A model generated the notes under the pieces. The model was not told the origin of the DNA and did not search any database. It saw nothing but the letters and a program-made list of their open reading frames with translations. Both the position numbers and the translations under genes were made by a program. From Octopus bimaculoides (lineage: Eukaryota): a DNA stretch of 64,000 nucleotides. The stretch covers positions 115,311,146-115,375,145 of the forward strand of contig NC_068985.1 in the NCBI RefSeq assembly GCF_001194135.2, read 5' to 3'. Positions 51,981 through 64,000 of this stretch are shown here, piece by piece (positions within the stretch are counted from its first letter, which is position 1; each line of letters starts with the position of its first letter).

Positions 51981-53315
51981 TTAACTTGTGCACTAAAGCA
52001 AACCTTCACACATTCGGCAACCGAGTTTTTCTGGGAGCCCGATGGTTAGCTTAGCGCATAATAGTTTACCCAACAGCTCGCCGTTTCATCTTATCTTTAA
52101 AACAGCTGCAAGTTGGTCGATGAAGGTAAAAGAAACATTAAATGAAAAGCAAATGAAATTTTAATGAAGAACATGCAAAACACAGGGTTGAGATAGATAA
52201 ATTTTATTGACTTACGTAAGAAAGCAATTTTTCAGTCTTTATGTCATACAGTATCGAAGAGCTAATGTTGTATAATTAACACATACTTCTCACAAACATA
52301 CTGCCATTGACTCATCAGAAGTCGAACTTTATCTGTTAGAGACAATGTCCGGTGTGTATACTTTACGAGGAAGCACTTTCTTTATGCATTCAAACCGTAA
52401 CTGGTGCTAAATGAGCTTATACTTTAAGTTGCTTGAGATTTTGGTATGAGGCTAGCAATTTTATTGGAAATGGTTGGAGGTTAGTCAATCATTTTGACCT
52501 AAGTGAAAACTGGTATTTATTTTATCGACATTAAAGAGGGCCTCGGCGGAATTTGAACAAGAAACATGAAGAACAAGAAGAAAGGCTGCCAATCATTTTG
52601 ATCAACGCGGCAACGGTATGCCATGTTGCCGCCTTAAAGCATGACATGTTATTGATTATTATAATTATTTCTCAAGGCGGTCAGCTGTCAGAGTATATTT
52701 CCGCTGGATCTGCTTAAGGAATTCTGCAGTGTTTGTTGAGATAATAATAATAATGAATGAATGAAGTGGTATATGGATTTGGCATTAGTCTGTATCCAGC
52801 ACGACGATCGTTTCGACCTCTCCTGCGACTGTCCTCCATGAAGGACAGTCGCAGGAACGGGGTGGTGCACGTGTCTTTGAGTTTGTGTTTATCCTCCCCT
52901 CCACTTGACAACCGGTGTTAGTTTATAAAAAACTAACATTCTGGGGTAGATATGTTCGCGTTAAATGTTTACGGTGGTGCCCCAGCATGGCCGTAATCTA
53001 ATGGCTGAAGAAGATAAGCTGATCTTAAATTTTGTCAAGCGTAAATAATACACAAATATTAAGTCAAGTAATGGTGGTAATATATTCGTTTATCTTTTTA
53101 TTCGTTTCAGTCATTTGACTGCAACCATGCTGGAGCACCGTCTTGAGAAAATTTTAGTCGAACAAATCGACACCAGGACTTACTTCTTAAGATGGTCATG
53201 CTAGAAATACGGGTATGCATATTAGACACTTTGGTTCTGGATCACTGGACGTAAGAAATAGATGGAATAGTCAGAACTGGAATGCCTTTGATCACAAATA
53301 CACTGACTCATAAAC

Positions 53316-53495
53316 GCCTGTGTAGCTGTGTGGTAAGAAATTTGTTTCCAAACCACATGGTTCCGATTTCAGTTCAACTGCGCGGCACCTTGGGCAAGTG
53401 TCTTCTGTAGTCTTGGATCGACCAAAACCTTGTGAGTAGATGTGATAGACGGAAGCTAATAGAAGCCCGTCTTATATAAGCACACATATATACGT

Positions 53496-53541
<46 letters not shown>

Positions 53542-53639
53542 CTGTTTGTCCCCCACCACCGCTTGGCAATTGCTGCTGGTGTATTACGTCCCCATAGTTT
53601 AACGGTTCGGCAAAAATCTGAGAGAACAAGTACCGAACT

Positions 53640-53670
<31 letters not shown>

Positions 53671-53765
53671 GCATAGTAATAGATACAATTCGTTCTTTTA
53701 AAATTCTTCGAGGTGGTGCTCCAGTATGACCACAATCTAATAACTCCAACAAGTAAGAAATAAAA
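53316..53765 (+). mobile_element. SINE family A, full length, older
   Basis: Head, CORE-like GGCACCTTGGGCAAGTGTC, internal (TG)n and tail all present. Confidence 0.8.
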
Positions 53766-53939
53766 ATCAACGCTGATCTGAAGCTAAACAAACAACAACA
53801 GCAACAACAACAATAATGGCAACAGCAGCAAGCACAACCGTTAACTCTAGAGCCATCACCTTTGGATGCCATAAACGCAAAAGACATCTCCCACCGCCAT
53901 CATATCAAAGTCTACGACACTCGATATTTTCATTGCGAT

Positions 53940-53961
53940 ACCTACATGGCTACTACTACTT

Positions 53962-54001
<40 letters not shown>

Positions 54002-55032
54002 AACAACAACAACTACTAGTACCAAAGACCACCGTAACAGGGACACCACAACCATTATCATCAGAAGCACCGTCATTATAATCACCACTATCACCACCAC
54101 CACTACTACCACCACTTGCATTTCCACCACCACCACCATCACCACCACGAACACCACCCCCACTACCGCCACCACCACTACTACCACCACTTGCATTTCC
54201 ACCACCACTACCATCACCACCACGAACACCACCCCCACTACCGCCACCACCACTACTACCACCACTTGCATNNNNNNNNNNNNNNNNNNNNNNNNNNNNN
54301 NNNNNNNNNNNNNNNNNNNNNNNNNNNNNNNNNNNNNNNNNNNNNNNNNNNNNNNNNNNNNNNNNNNNNNNNNNNNNNNNNNNNNNNNNNNNNNNNNNNN
54401 NNNNNNNNNNNNNNNNNNNNNNNNNNNNNNNNNNNNNNNNNNNNNNNNNNNNNNNNNNNNNNNNNNNNNNNNNNNNNNNNNNNNNNNNNNNNNNNNNNNN
54501 NNNNNNNNNNNNNNNNNNNNNNNNNNNNNNNNNNNNNNNNNNNNNNNNNNNNNNNNNNNNNNNNNNNNNNNNNNNNNNNNNNNNNNNNNNNNNNNNNNNN
54601 NNNNNNNNNNNNNNNNNNNNNNNNNNNNNNNNNNNNNNNNNNNNNNNNNNNNNNNNNNNNNNNNNNNNNNNNNNNNNNNNNNNNNNNNNNNNNNNNNNNN
54701 NNNNNNNNNNNNNNNNNNNNNNNNNNNNNNNNNNNNNNNNNNNNNNNNNNNNNNNNNNNNNNNNNNNNNNNNNNNNNNNNNNNNNNNNNNNNNNNNNNNN
54801 NNNNNNNNNNNNNNNNNNNNNNNNNNNNNNNNNNNNNNNNNNNNNNNNNNNNNNNNNNNNNNNNNNNNGGTGATGGTAGTGGGGGTGGTGGCGGCGGTGG
54901 TGATAGTGAGTGTAGTGGTACTGGTAGTCATAATAGTAGTAGTGGTGGTGAGTATGGTACAGATCGTAGTGTTTGTGGTGCTGGTGGTGGTGACATTGTA
55001 AGTAGTAGTATGGGTGTTTATTATGTTAGTGA

Positions 55033-55074
<42 letters not shown>

Positions 55075-56227
55075 CAATAGTAGTAGTAGTAGTGGTGGTA
55101 GTGATGGTATAGGCTGTAGTTATGGTGGTAGTGGGTATATAGTGCTAGGTGCAGTAACGGGGTAAATGTGATGACGGGTGTAGTGATGATGATCGTGGAT
55201 AGAGTGGAAGAAGGGGTGGGTGAAGTGGTGTTGGTGGTGAATGCAACGGTGGTGGTATCGGCTGTAGTTGTTGAGGTCGGTGTTGTTGCGGCGGTGGTAG
55301 TGCTAAAGGAACCGTCTGAGTGGTGGTGCGGGCATTAAGATGAGGGAACCTTAATGATGGTGGTAGTGGTGGTGATAATAATACTTGTTACAGTGGTGGT
55401 GATGGTAGTGGTATTAGGGCATGGCGAGGTGTTCTGGTGGTAGCGTGGTGAGTGGTTTCAGTGGTGGCGGCGTTAGAACCAGCATGAGTGGTATAAGTGA
55501 TAGTTGGAGTGTTGGTCATATTATTGGTATTGGTGGTGGTGGTGGTGGTGAGAGGGTGTTAATTGCAGTGATGGTAGCAGCTGTTGTGGCTGTGGTGGTA
55601 GTACCAGATTTGTTGGTAATAGTATTGATGTAGTGTTGGTGGTGGTGATGGTTGTGTTAGTAGTAGTGGTGGCAGTAGAGGCACTGATAGTGGTGCTGAT
55701 AATGGTAGGGCTGGTAGTGATTGTGGTAGAGACAGTGATGATGATGATGGTGATGGTGGTGGTATTGGTCGTCGTCGTGTTGTTGGTGGAAGTGGTGGTT
55801 TGGTGGTGGTAATGGTAATGGTGGTAGTAGTGGTGGTGGTGGTGGGAGCAATGGTGATTGTAGTGTTTTGTTGTAGCAGTGGCGATGTTGGTAATGGTGT
55901 TGGTAGTGGTGGTGTTAGTAGTGATGGTCGGGGTAGCGGCCGTAATAATCATGGAGGCGGTAGTGTTGTTTGAGGTGGTCATGGTACTTCTGGAAACCTT
56001 GCTTGTGTAATTGATAAGTCTTTTTTTTTTGTGTTATAACCCAAGTGACGGGGGCAGCATCAAAGATAGCGTTGATGGTAGTCGAATTGTGGACGGTACT
56101 ACCACTTCTACCACCACCAGCAGTGGTACTACCACTTCTACCACCACCACCAGTGGTACTACCAATTCTACCACCACAACCAGTGGTACTACCACTTCTA
56201 CCACCACCACCACCACTACCACTGCTT

Positions 56228-56278
<51 letters not shown>

Positions 56279-56391
56279 CTCCTTCTGCTACTGTTACTAC
56301 TAGTACAACCACCACCACCATTAGTACTACCACTTCAACTATCACCACTACTGCCTCAACTACTATTACTACTATTACTGCTGTTGCTGTG

Positions 56392-56441
<50 letters not shown>

Positions 56442-56577
56442 GCTACTACTACTACTACTACTACTGCTACCACTACTACTACTACTACTACTGCTACTAC
56501 TACTACTACTACTACGACGACTACTACTACTACTACTACTACTACCACTACTACTACTACTACTACTGCTATTACTG

Positions 56578-56644
<67 letters not shown>

Positions 56645-56660
56645 GACTACTACTACATTA
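53940..56660. repeat. Large ACC/ACT - GGT/AGT - ACC/ACT low-complexity block containing 75-bp and 30-bp minisatellites
   Basis: 75-bp units (TTGCA at 54116, 54191, 54266) and 30-bp units (GGTACT at 56095, 56125, 56155, 56185). Strand polarity flips across the gap and at ~56.0 kb. Confidence 0.9.
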
Positions 56661-56769
56661 TCAATCCATTTACTAGAATCTATGCAATCGCCAACCAAAT
56701 CTTAAATGTAATAACCACCATCAAAAACAGCTCCTGCAACAATGAAAATAGTCCAAATAATGATGGTGA

Positions 56770-56990
56770 CTCCAGGTGCACAAACAACCTGTTAGAAATC
56801 GCAGCCAAATGTTTCTGAAATCCTTCCCCTAAAGTCTTCCATAAAAAGGAAGGACATTCGGCAGAATGTAGTTTGTGATAAAGTTTATCTGTCACGATAG
56901 GGTGGTCACTGCCGGAATGCCTCTCATTGCAGTACTGTTAGATCAGAGCTGATGTTGTGCAATATAACAACATAAACAATAACAAAAAGA
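56770..56990 (+). mobile_element. Old SINE-like family F copy
   Basis: GTTAGAAATCGCAGCCAAATG...AAGGAAGGACATT...GGAATGCC...GATCAGAGCTGA...(AAC)-rich end. Confidence 0.5.
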
Positions 56991-57599
56991 ATATCACCAA
57001 CACTATCGTTAGGAACAACAATAGCAATAACTAATGACTTGTTGGTACGCGGTATTTCGTTATGCAACCATAATATGCTATGAAGTATATCAAACGCTTT
57101 TATAAGTCAATACTGTGTTCTGCTGCGTTAGCAGTATGCTTTTACATTATTTGTTAAGTTTAGTTCTACAGATATGCTATAGAAATTGTTGCCAGCACTG
57201 ATTTCTGTTACGATGTTTCGTATCTGAGACGCCAAATGTAAACAAGCAATGAGATCGAAGATGAAAAAATGGTAATGAACGTATAGGCCATATTTCGGTG
57301 AGTTTTGCCCTCCATCAGTACCCATTTAATCTTACAAGTATCCTCGAACACATTGCTTAAATTGTCTCTATATAGAGCAGTGTAACGTTATTGGAGGTAC
57401 CAATTTTAGATATTAAATGCATTCCTGGAATCTGGTATATGAATACTAATAACTTGTTGGTACGCGGCATTTCGTTATGATGGTGATATTTTCTATAGAA
57501 TATCTGTGGAGATAACCTTAACAGATAATAACAGTAGCATTAGAATGATTACGACTATTAAAGTCATCTACACGATGACGACCAACAAGAACACTTTTT

Positions 57600-57880
57600 A
57601 CTATCAGTCCAAAATTTTTGGGAAAGGGGACCAGTTGATTACATCGACCCCAATGCTCAACTGGTACTTATTTTATCAATCACGAGAGAATGAAACGAAA
57701 AATTCGACCTCGGCATAATTTCAGCTCAGAACGTAAAGACGGACGAAATTCCGCTAAGCATTTTGCCCAGCTTGCTAATGATTCTGCCAGTAGATGTCAC
57801 TTGCCCAAGGTGACACGCAGTGGGACTGAACCCGGAACCATGTGGTTCGTAAGCAAGCTACTTACCACACAGCCACTCCT
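57600..57880 (-). mobile_element. Chimeric SINE: family A head plus CORE-like block fused to family C
   Basis: Sense reads AGGAGTGGCTGTGTGG...CACCTTGGGCAAGTGACATCTAC|TGGCAGAATCGTTAGC...; junction at ~57790. Confidence 0.85.
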
Positions 57881-59115
57881 AGGCAATAACAAATATATTA
57901 CAACTATTATAACTTCTACCATCATCACCACTACCACCAACACATTAACAACAACAACAACAACAACAACGACATTACAATCACCACCACTACCACCACC
58001 ACCGACAATAACAACATGAAGAATGAAAACAACAAGAACAGCGATTAAAACTTCTATGATCGACAACAGCAATATTAACAGGAACAACATGATCTGTCTT
58101 CTTGTATTACACAAGCCTAAAATTAATTCAATGTCGACGACGACGACGAGGATGACGACCGCCACCTCCATTACGACCATCACTACTACCTCCGTTACCA
58201 CGACCGCCACCACCATGACCACCACCAGCACCACTACGTCCACCATCATCACTACCTCCACCACTAGTACCTCAATATCACTACCGCCATCATTTCCATA
58301 GCCGTCACCATCAGCTAGCAGGAAATACCCCACCCCCTACACACATGCACCTTACTGCTACAACGATGAACAATAATAACAGAACAGCTCTCACCACCAC
58401 CACCACCACACCATCACCACACCACCACCACGCCACCACCACACCACCACCACTACCATCATCAAACATCGTCACAACCACTTCAGCTACCACCCTTACC
58501 ATCGAAACCAAATACCGCCATTTTTATTCCACCATCTNNNNNNNNNNNNNNNNNNNNNNNNNNNNNNNNNNNNNNNNNNNNNNNNNNNNNNNNNNNNNNN
58601 NNNNNNNNNNNNNNNNNNNNNNNNNNNNNNNNNNNNNNNNNNNNNNNNNNNNNNNNNNNNNNNNNNNNNNNNNNNNNNNNNNNNNNNNNNNNNNNNNNNN
58701 NNNNNNNNNNNNNNNNNNNNNNNNNNNNNNNNNNNNNNNNNNNNNNNNNNNNNNNNNNCCATAGCGGATTATAACCTCCGTCATTACAACCACCACCGCC
58801 ACCACCACCACCACCACCACCACCACCACCATTACAACCACCATCACCACCAAACCTACAAACACACCAAAGAAATTCCCTTTCCCCTTTGTTGTACAAG
58901 AAGCAACAGATCCCTATGACTCATAGGCACATTCCATGGTTTTGGAGCTAAGGCAACTATAGGGGCCGATTCTTTTGATTAAGGGAACACTGCGTATATA
59001 ATGGCTTGTAAATATGCGTATGTATGCGTGCATGTATGAATGCATGCATGTATATATGTACGCATGTATGTACTCATGCATGGCTGTGCGAATGTATGCG
59101 GGGATATTGTATTCA

Positions 59116-59150
<35 letters not shown>

Positions 59151-59413
59151 TGGGGTGAATAGTACAAGAGGAAGGCATGTTAGCACAAACAGCTGCGCAT
59201 ATATGTACATAAATATGTGTGTATGAATATGTATGTAAGAAAATATACATGTGTGTGTGTGTGCGCGCGCACACACATAGAAACACAAAAATATACACAC
59301 ACAAACACACACATACACATACATGCATATATATAAACGTATGTGTGCGCGCGTGTTTGTATATATATATATATGTGTGTGTGTGAGAGTGTGTATATAC
59401 ATATATATCTACA

Positions 59414-59452
<39 letters not shown>

Positions 59453-59640
59453 TGAGGCATATAGAGTATATATATAAAAGTACATATATGTATATACAAG
59501 CATACATATATATATATTTGTATATATGATATATATACTGATGCCCAAACATAGAAAGATATATATATAGATATACATACATATATGTGTATATCCATAC
59601 ATACACACACGTATACATATACATGGACATACACACATAC

Positions 59641-59712
<72 letters not shown>

Positions 59713-60606
59713 ATAAATATACCCATATGTCTTTGACTATCTGATATATATGCATAAACATGCTTGCATGGCATATCCTCTTTTGTGCTCCCCTAATTAC
59801 GCTATTCGTACGGCTACATGAATATGCATCTTATTTTTTTATGGGAGCTCACAGCCACATGTTTGTCTAAGTGTACTTGTACGCGTATATCTAATGGGGT
59901 GAATACATTGGAATATGGAGCTATATGCAAAAATAAATGATGCTTGCCTCCACTTGACTATGTAGTTTTCAGACAGCAGTCGTTCTTGTATTTGTTATCT
60001 TCTACCTTTAATTATTTTTTATTAGTCGTAAAGCCGCGACCATGCTGGAGCATCACCTTGAAGAGTTTTAGTCGATCAAATTGACCTCACTCACGATGTG
60101 GATTTTTGTTTTTTTCAAAGTTTGGTACTTCGTCTATCCGCCTCTTTTGCTGAAATGCTATCTTCACGAGGACGTAAACGAACTAGCACAACATGACATT
60201 AAGCGGTTGTAATGATGGGTTAACAAGCGCAGACACAAACATACAGAAACATATAGAATAATACATATGTATTTATGTGAATATATGTGTGTATGTGTGT
60301 GTGTATTTATATACATATATATTCATATATAATACACAAATACACACACATACAAACACATGGAGGTAATTTTATATATGTATATACAATTCAAATAAGT
60401 TATTATATATAAAAATAATGATAAAGTGGCCCGCAAATATTATGTAAATAAGCAAAATATATGATAAATATGTTTACTATATTTTCCGTGCATGTTTACA
60501 TTTGTGAGAGACGAGTGGTTGTGAGGACTTTAACTCCTCTTTCAAGCAAACAGGTAACCTGACTTATCGTACCCTGTCTTATTGTTATATATATATATAT
60601 ATACAT

Positions 60607-60719
60607 ATATAAGAATAATATAACACTAGGATACAAGATATCAGGTTTTAACAGAAGATCATAGTGATCTACTATTAAAGCCTGATATCCTCTATCCTTG
60701 TGTTACATTATCCTTATAT
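60607..60719. other. 113-bp foldback: 55-bp arms (47/55 complementary, no indels), 3-nt loop
   Basis: Left arm 60607-60661, loop TAG, right arm 60665-60719, aligned base by base by hand. Confidence 0.9.
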
Positions 60720-60938
60720 TAATCTCATGCACAGAGAAGTTTCACATGCGTATCCAGCCCTGGAATATACCTTACTGAAGGATAACATGCGTTAGCAAAC
60801 TAAGGACGTAACAGCTCTTAAATGCACATTACGAGGGTTTTACCCGAATTTATTATAAATATATAGATATATATAATAAATATAGATATATATAGTAAAT
60901 TCGAGTAAGTGCTGTTAAGTATGAAATATATAACTAGG

Positions 60939-61005
<67 letters not shown>

Positions 61006-61172
61006 ACATTCATACATACCAACACACAACGAGCATGCACAGTTTTTGTCTACTAAATCCACTCACAAGACTGGTCCACGAGGGTGCTGCACAGTTGGTG
61101 AGAACTGAAAACCACTTTGTTCAAAAGTGACTGTCATGATTACACATTCATGCCTTTCCCTTAAAAGTATAA

Positions 61173-61245
61173 TGTCCAAGTGTGGTACTCGAACCCAATG
61201 CCCGAAGATTAAGTATTGCCTGCCTTACCGGTTGAGCATGCAGGT
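61173..61245 (-). pseudogene. tRNA-Lys(CTT)-like pseudogene
   Basis: Sense ACCTGCATGCTCAACCGGTAAGGCAGGCAATACTTAATCTTCGGGCATTGGGTTCGAGTACCACACTTGGACA aligns with eukaryotic tRNA-Lys(CTT) (GCTCA..CGGTA, CTTAATCT, TGGGTTCGAG..CCAC). The anticodon stem is broken and a TTTT lies shortly downstream. Confidence 0.55.
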
Positions 61246-61879
61246 CTATTTACTACAATGCATAGAATCTTCTAAGATCTACAGTAAGTCTTAAAATGAT
61301 CTTTTCCCATACAGGACTAATACAGCAGAAACCCGTTATCAGTTGTCACTTTGTTGCTAAATTTCTGATTAATTTCCCCTCTGCATTGGATGTTAAATTA
61401 ATTTAAATCAATAAAAATTTAAGGAATTTTTTTTTCCATTAGTGAAATATATTCGTTTCCCCTTTTCTTTAGCAGAATTAGCCAATGAGTTAATTATTCT
61501 CATCTATGAAGGATTAATTATAATTTTAATTGGCTAGTTCCAGTCATAAGAATAGCAAGACATCTCCACGGTGCCTTGGGCAAGTGTCATGTAGTGGAAG
61601 AAAAGTGTTCAACATTATCTTAGTTCGCAGAAACTGTACAGAACTCCAGCGTCTGTTCGAAATATTTATTTGCACACACTCATAAACACAAGCATACACA
61701 AATACACCAACATAAACATAAGAATACAAGAATACACACACATAAACACACGCATAAATATATATACGTGTGTGTAAGTATGATCATGTATGTATGTGCA
61801 TTCGGTGTTCGTCTTTTTGCAAATGTGTGTATGAAGCTGCGTTATTTTACATGAAAATGCATCTAGCAATTCGAGAAAC

Positions 61880-63480
61880 AAGGACAGACCTAACAAAAAT
61901 GGTTTTGCAGACGTTCGTCATTAGAAATCAAACATGCTGTTAATGAACTGAACATCGGCAAGTCTCCTGGCTTCGAAGGTGTGCTTGTGGAGATCTTTAA
62001 GCGTAGAAGTCGGAACAAAATACACCAACTTACCAAGCTAGTGGAGGATATTTGGGCTGATGAGAAGCCCCCACCCCACCAGAAGACTGGAAAGGTACTT
62101 TCATGGTTATACTGTATCAAGGAAAGTGTGGTATGGTGAATGTGGTAAATACCGAAGGATATCGTGGCTTTCTACTGCTGGTATGGTCTTGTGTAGGATT
62201 ATGTTCCATAGACTGCTTTTGTACATTATAAATTAGGTTATTTCAAAAACTCAGTGTGGATTTAGAAGAGGAAAAGGTACGGTTGGTATGATACATTCGG
62301 TTAAGTAACTTCATGCGAAAGTGTACTGAACAAAGAATGGATCTGTTTCAAGTTCTTGTGGCCATACATAGGCATTTGATACAGTAAGCAGAGAAGCTCT
62401 TTGGAGGATACTGAGGAAATCCGGTTTCAATATGTATATGTGACTACTCTTCGCCTATTCCATAACAACCTGAAGACCTGGGTTAATGATGGTAGGATTA
62501 TATTTGATCGTATTGCTGTAACTTACAGTGACAAACGAGGCAATGCACCATCGACAAATAGTGTTTGTAATGGGTTTTAGTGAGTATCCATATGGAATAT
62601 GTCAGCTTTCGTAGGGAAAACTTTTCAAGATAAGACGCCTCTGGACAGATTCAAAAGTTATGTCCTCATTGTTAAAATAATTTCTCAATGCAGTTGACTG
62701 CAGTCTCTTTGCTCACACTGAAGAACTGAAGAAAAGATGCTACATATGGAGTCCTCTTCTAACTCTTGTTTTGCTCTAGGCCTCACGATGAGTCTCAAAA
62801 AGACTGTACTCTTACACCAGCCTGCGTCAGGAGGGTTGTATTGGGAACCAGATATCAGTGTGTATGCTCAGAAGCTTCAGGTTGCGGACAGGTTTATGTA
62901 TCTTGGTAGAATTCTTAGTATATTTATGCACCTTTGAGAATGAAATGACGCTAAGAATCCGCAAAGCCGTTGGCGCTTTCCGAATGTTGGTAAAGTATCA
63001 GTGGGCTAAAATTGGCACTCTACTGATACTAAAGCAAAGATTTATATTACATGTGTTTTATCTTGCCTGTTGCACGCTTGTGAAACTTGGGTAACGTACC
63101 GAAAGCATCTGAAACAGCTGAGGTGCTCCCACCAGGATTGCCTACGTCGTACCGTGGGCCTGCATTGGAAAATATAGGCAAGTGATGTTGAGGTTGTCGA
63201 AAGGGGTTACAGTCATAGAACTTGCTGTATCGACCGCGATTATTTGGTCATTTTGTGAGAAGGGAAGACTGCAGAACCTTGATGCAACTCCTATATGACG
63301 AGCTGAGAAATTGAGAGCCTCCAACACATGAAACTAACTCAGATTCAAAAATTGCATAGCATAGCAACATCTTTGACGAAAGATAACATCCCAGAAGGGC
63401 TCGGAAGAAAATGCAACTGATCGGAAAAAATGGAGGAAAGTTATAGATTACTGAATTGAGAACTGCAAAACATGAAAACC
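61880..63480 (+). mobile_element. Decayed RTE-clade LINE ORF2 (reverse transcriptase domain and C-terminal region)
   Basis: Motifs with stops and frameshifts: GKSPGFEGVLVEIFK, QCGFRRGKGTVGMI, AFDTVSREALWRILRKSG, (YADD-like) AVDCSLFAHTEE, GLTMSLKKTVLLHQPA, FMYLGRILS, RIRKAVGAFRML. Confidence 0.88.
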
Positions 63481-63539
63481 TTTAGGAGAATGTTAAAAAA
63501 AGCTGTGGATATTTCCAAGAAATGTTGGTGACTATAGTG

Positions 63540-63976
63540 AGCTTACCTACGATGCAGTGGGAGAGGCTGCTTCAGCAGATCGGAATTGAAAAGTTAAAGA
63601 AACCACGTTGAGAGAGTTGTTTTACATTGCGACATACATAGCATAACAACATGCAATTAATACGACAAGGACAAGTGAGAAAGCCATCTCCTTCAAACTC
63701 TTTCACTCATTACATTATCACCATAAACTTTCTGGATAGACTTTGCTGCTGTGGTTGCATTGACACCGTTATGAAACTCATAGAGTAGGACATGTCTAAT
63801 GTGATCTTTAGATGGGGACGAACATGAGTGCGAATATAACAGAAGATTATAGACAATACAATCAGAATCTGAAAGGAAAGTGTATAATTTACTCATTGTG
63901 ACATTCTTAAAACATTGCAAAAATTACTATCTAAAACTTTTCTAAAAAATCAGGCATTACCTTTGCATCAACCTAA
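63540..63976 (-). mobile_element. 5' part of a mariner element (Hsmar1/cecropia-like TIR plus N-terminal HTH)
   Basis: TIR TTAGGTTGATGCAAAGGTAATGCCTGATTTT (from 63976, next to TA repeats) resembles the Hsmar1/MADE1 TIR. The ORF SPSKDHIRHVLLYEFHNGVNATTAAKSIQKVYGDNVMSERV is a mariner HTH; it is decayed downstream. Confidence 0.85.
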
Positions 63977-64000
63977 TATATATATATATATATATATATA

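Noticed and set aside
53862-56818. Thr-, His-, Gly- and Leu-rich mucin-like ORFs
   Set aside because: They are translations of ACC/ACT/GGT microsatellites, open in several frames and on both strands, with polarity flips and no splice or domain support.
60826-60850. TACGAGGG mariner-like terminus
   Set aside because: Only about 8 bp match, with no partner TIR or transposase sequence.

Overview
Eukaryotic, AT-rich, microsatellite-saturated DNA from a gapped assembly. It has about 24 N-runs totalling roughly 9 kb, most flanked by (TA)n/(CA)n. The repeat content points to a cephalopod, most likely Octopus; this is an inference from my memory of octopus SINE/LINE families, not a database result. 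I find no intact protein-coding gene, rRNA or CRISPR array, and nearly all long entries in the ORF track are microsatellite or N artefacts. The window is intronic/intergenic-type sequence. It holds at least six tRNA-derived or SINE-like families (labelled A-F here) and decayed non-LTR retrotransposons of four clades (R4/Dong, CRE-like, Tx1/L1-like, RTE). It also holds three Tc1/mariner fossils (two maT/DD37D-like, one with an Hsmar1-like TIR), two Tigger/pogo-type MITEs and a tRNA-Lys(CTT) pseudogene. Most worth follow-up: (1) three minus-strand islands (7.9, 22.8, 48.8 kb) that each read as ATG + signal-peptide-like stretch + phase-1 splice donor, one carrying an in-frame TGA, which may be alternative first exons of a gene continuing left of the window (low-moderate confidence); (2) a 113-bp near-perfect foldback at 60.6 kb; (3) an inverted ~270-bp duplication resembling a SINE 3' transduction; (4) a 4 x 69-bp frame-preserving repeat with dimeric higher-order structure; (5) modular and chimeric SINE architecture.
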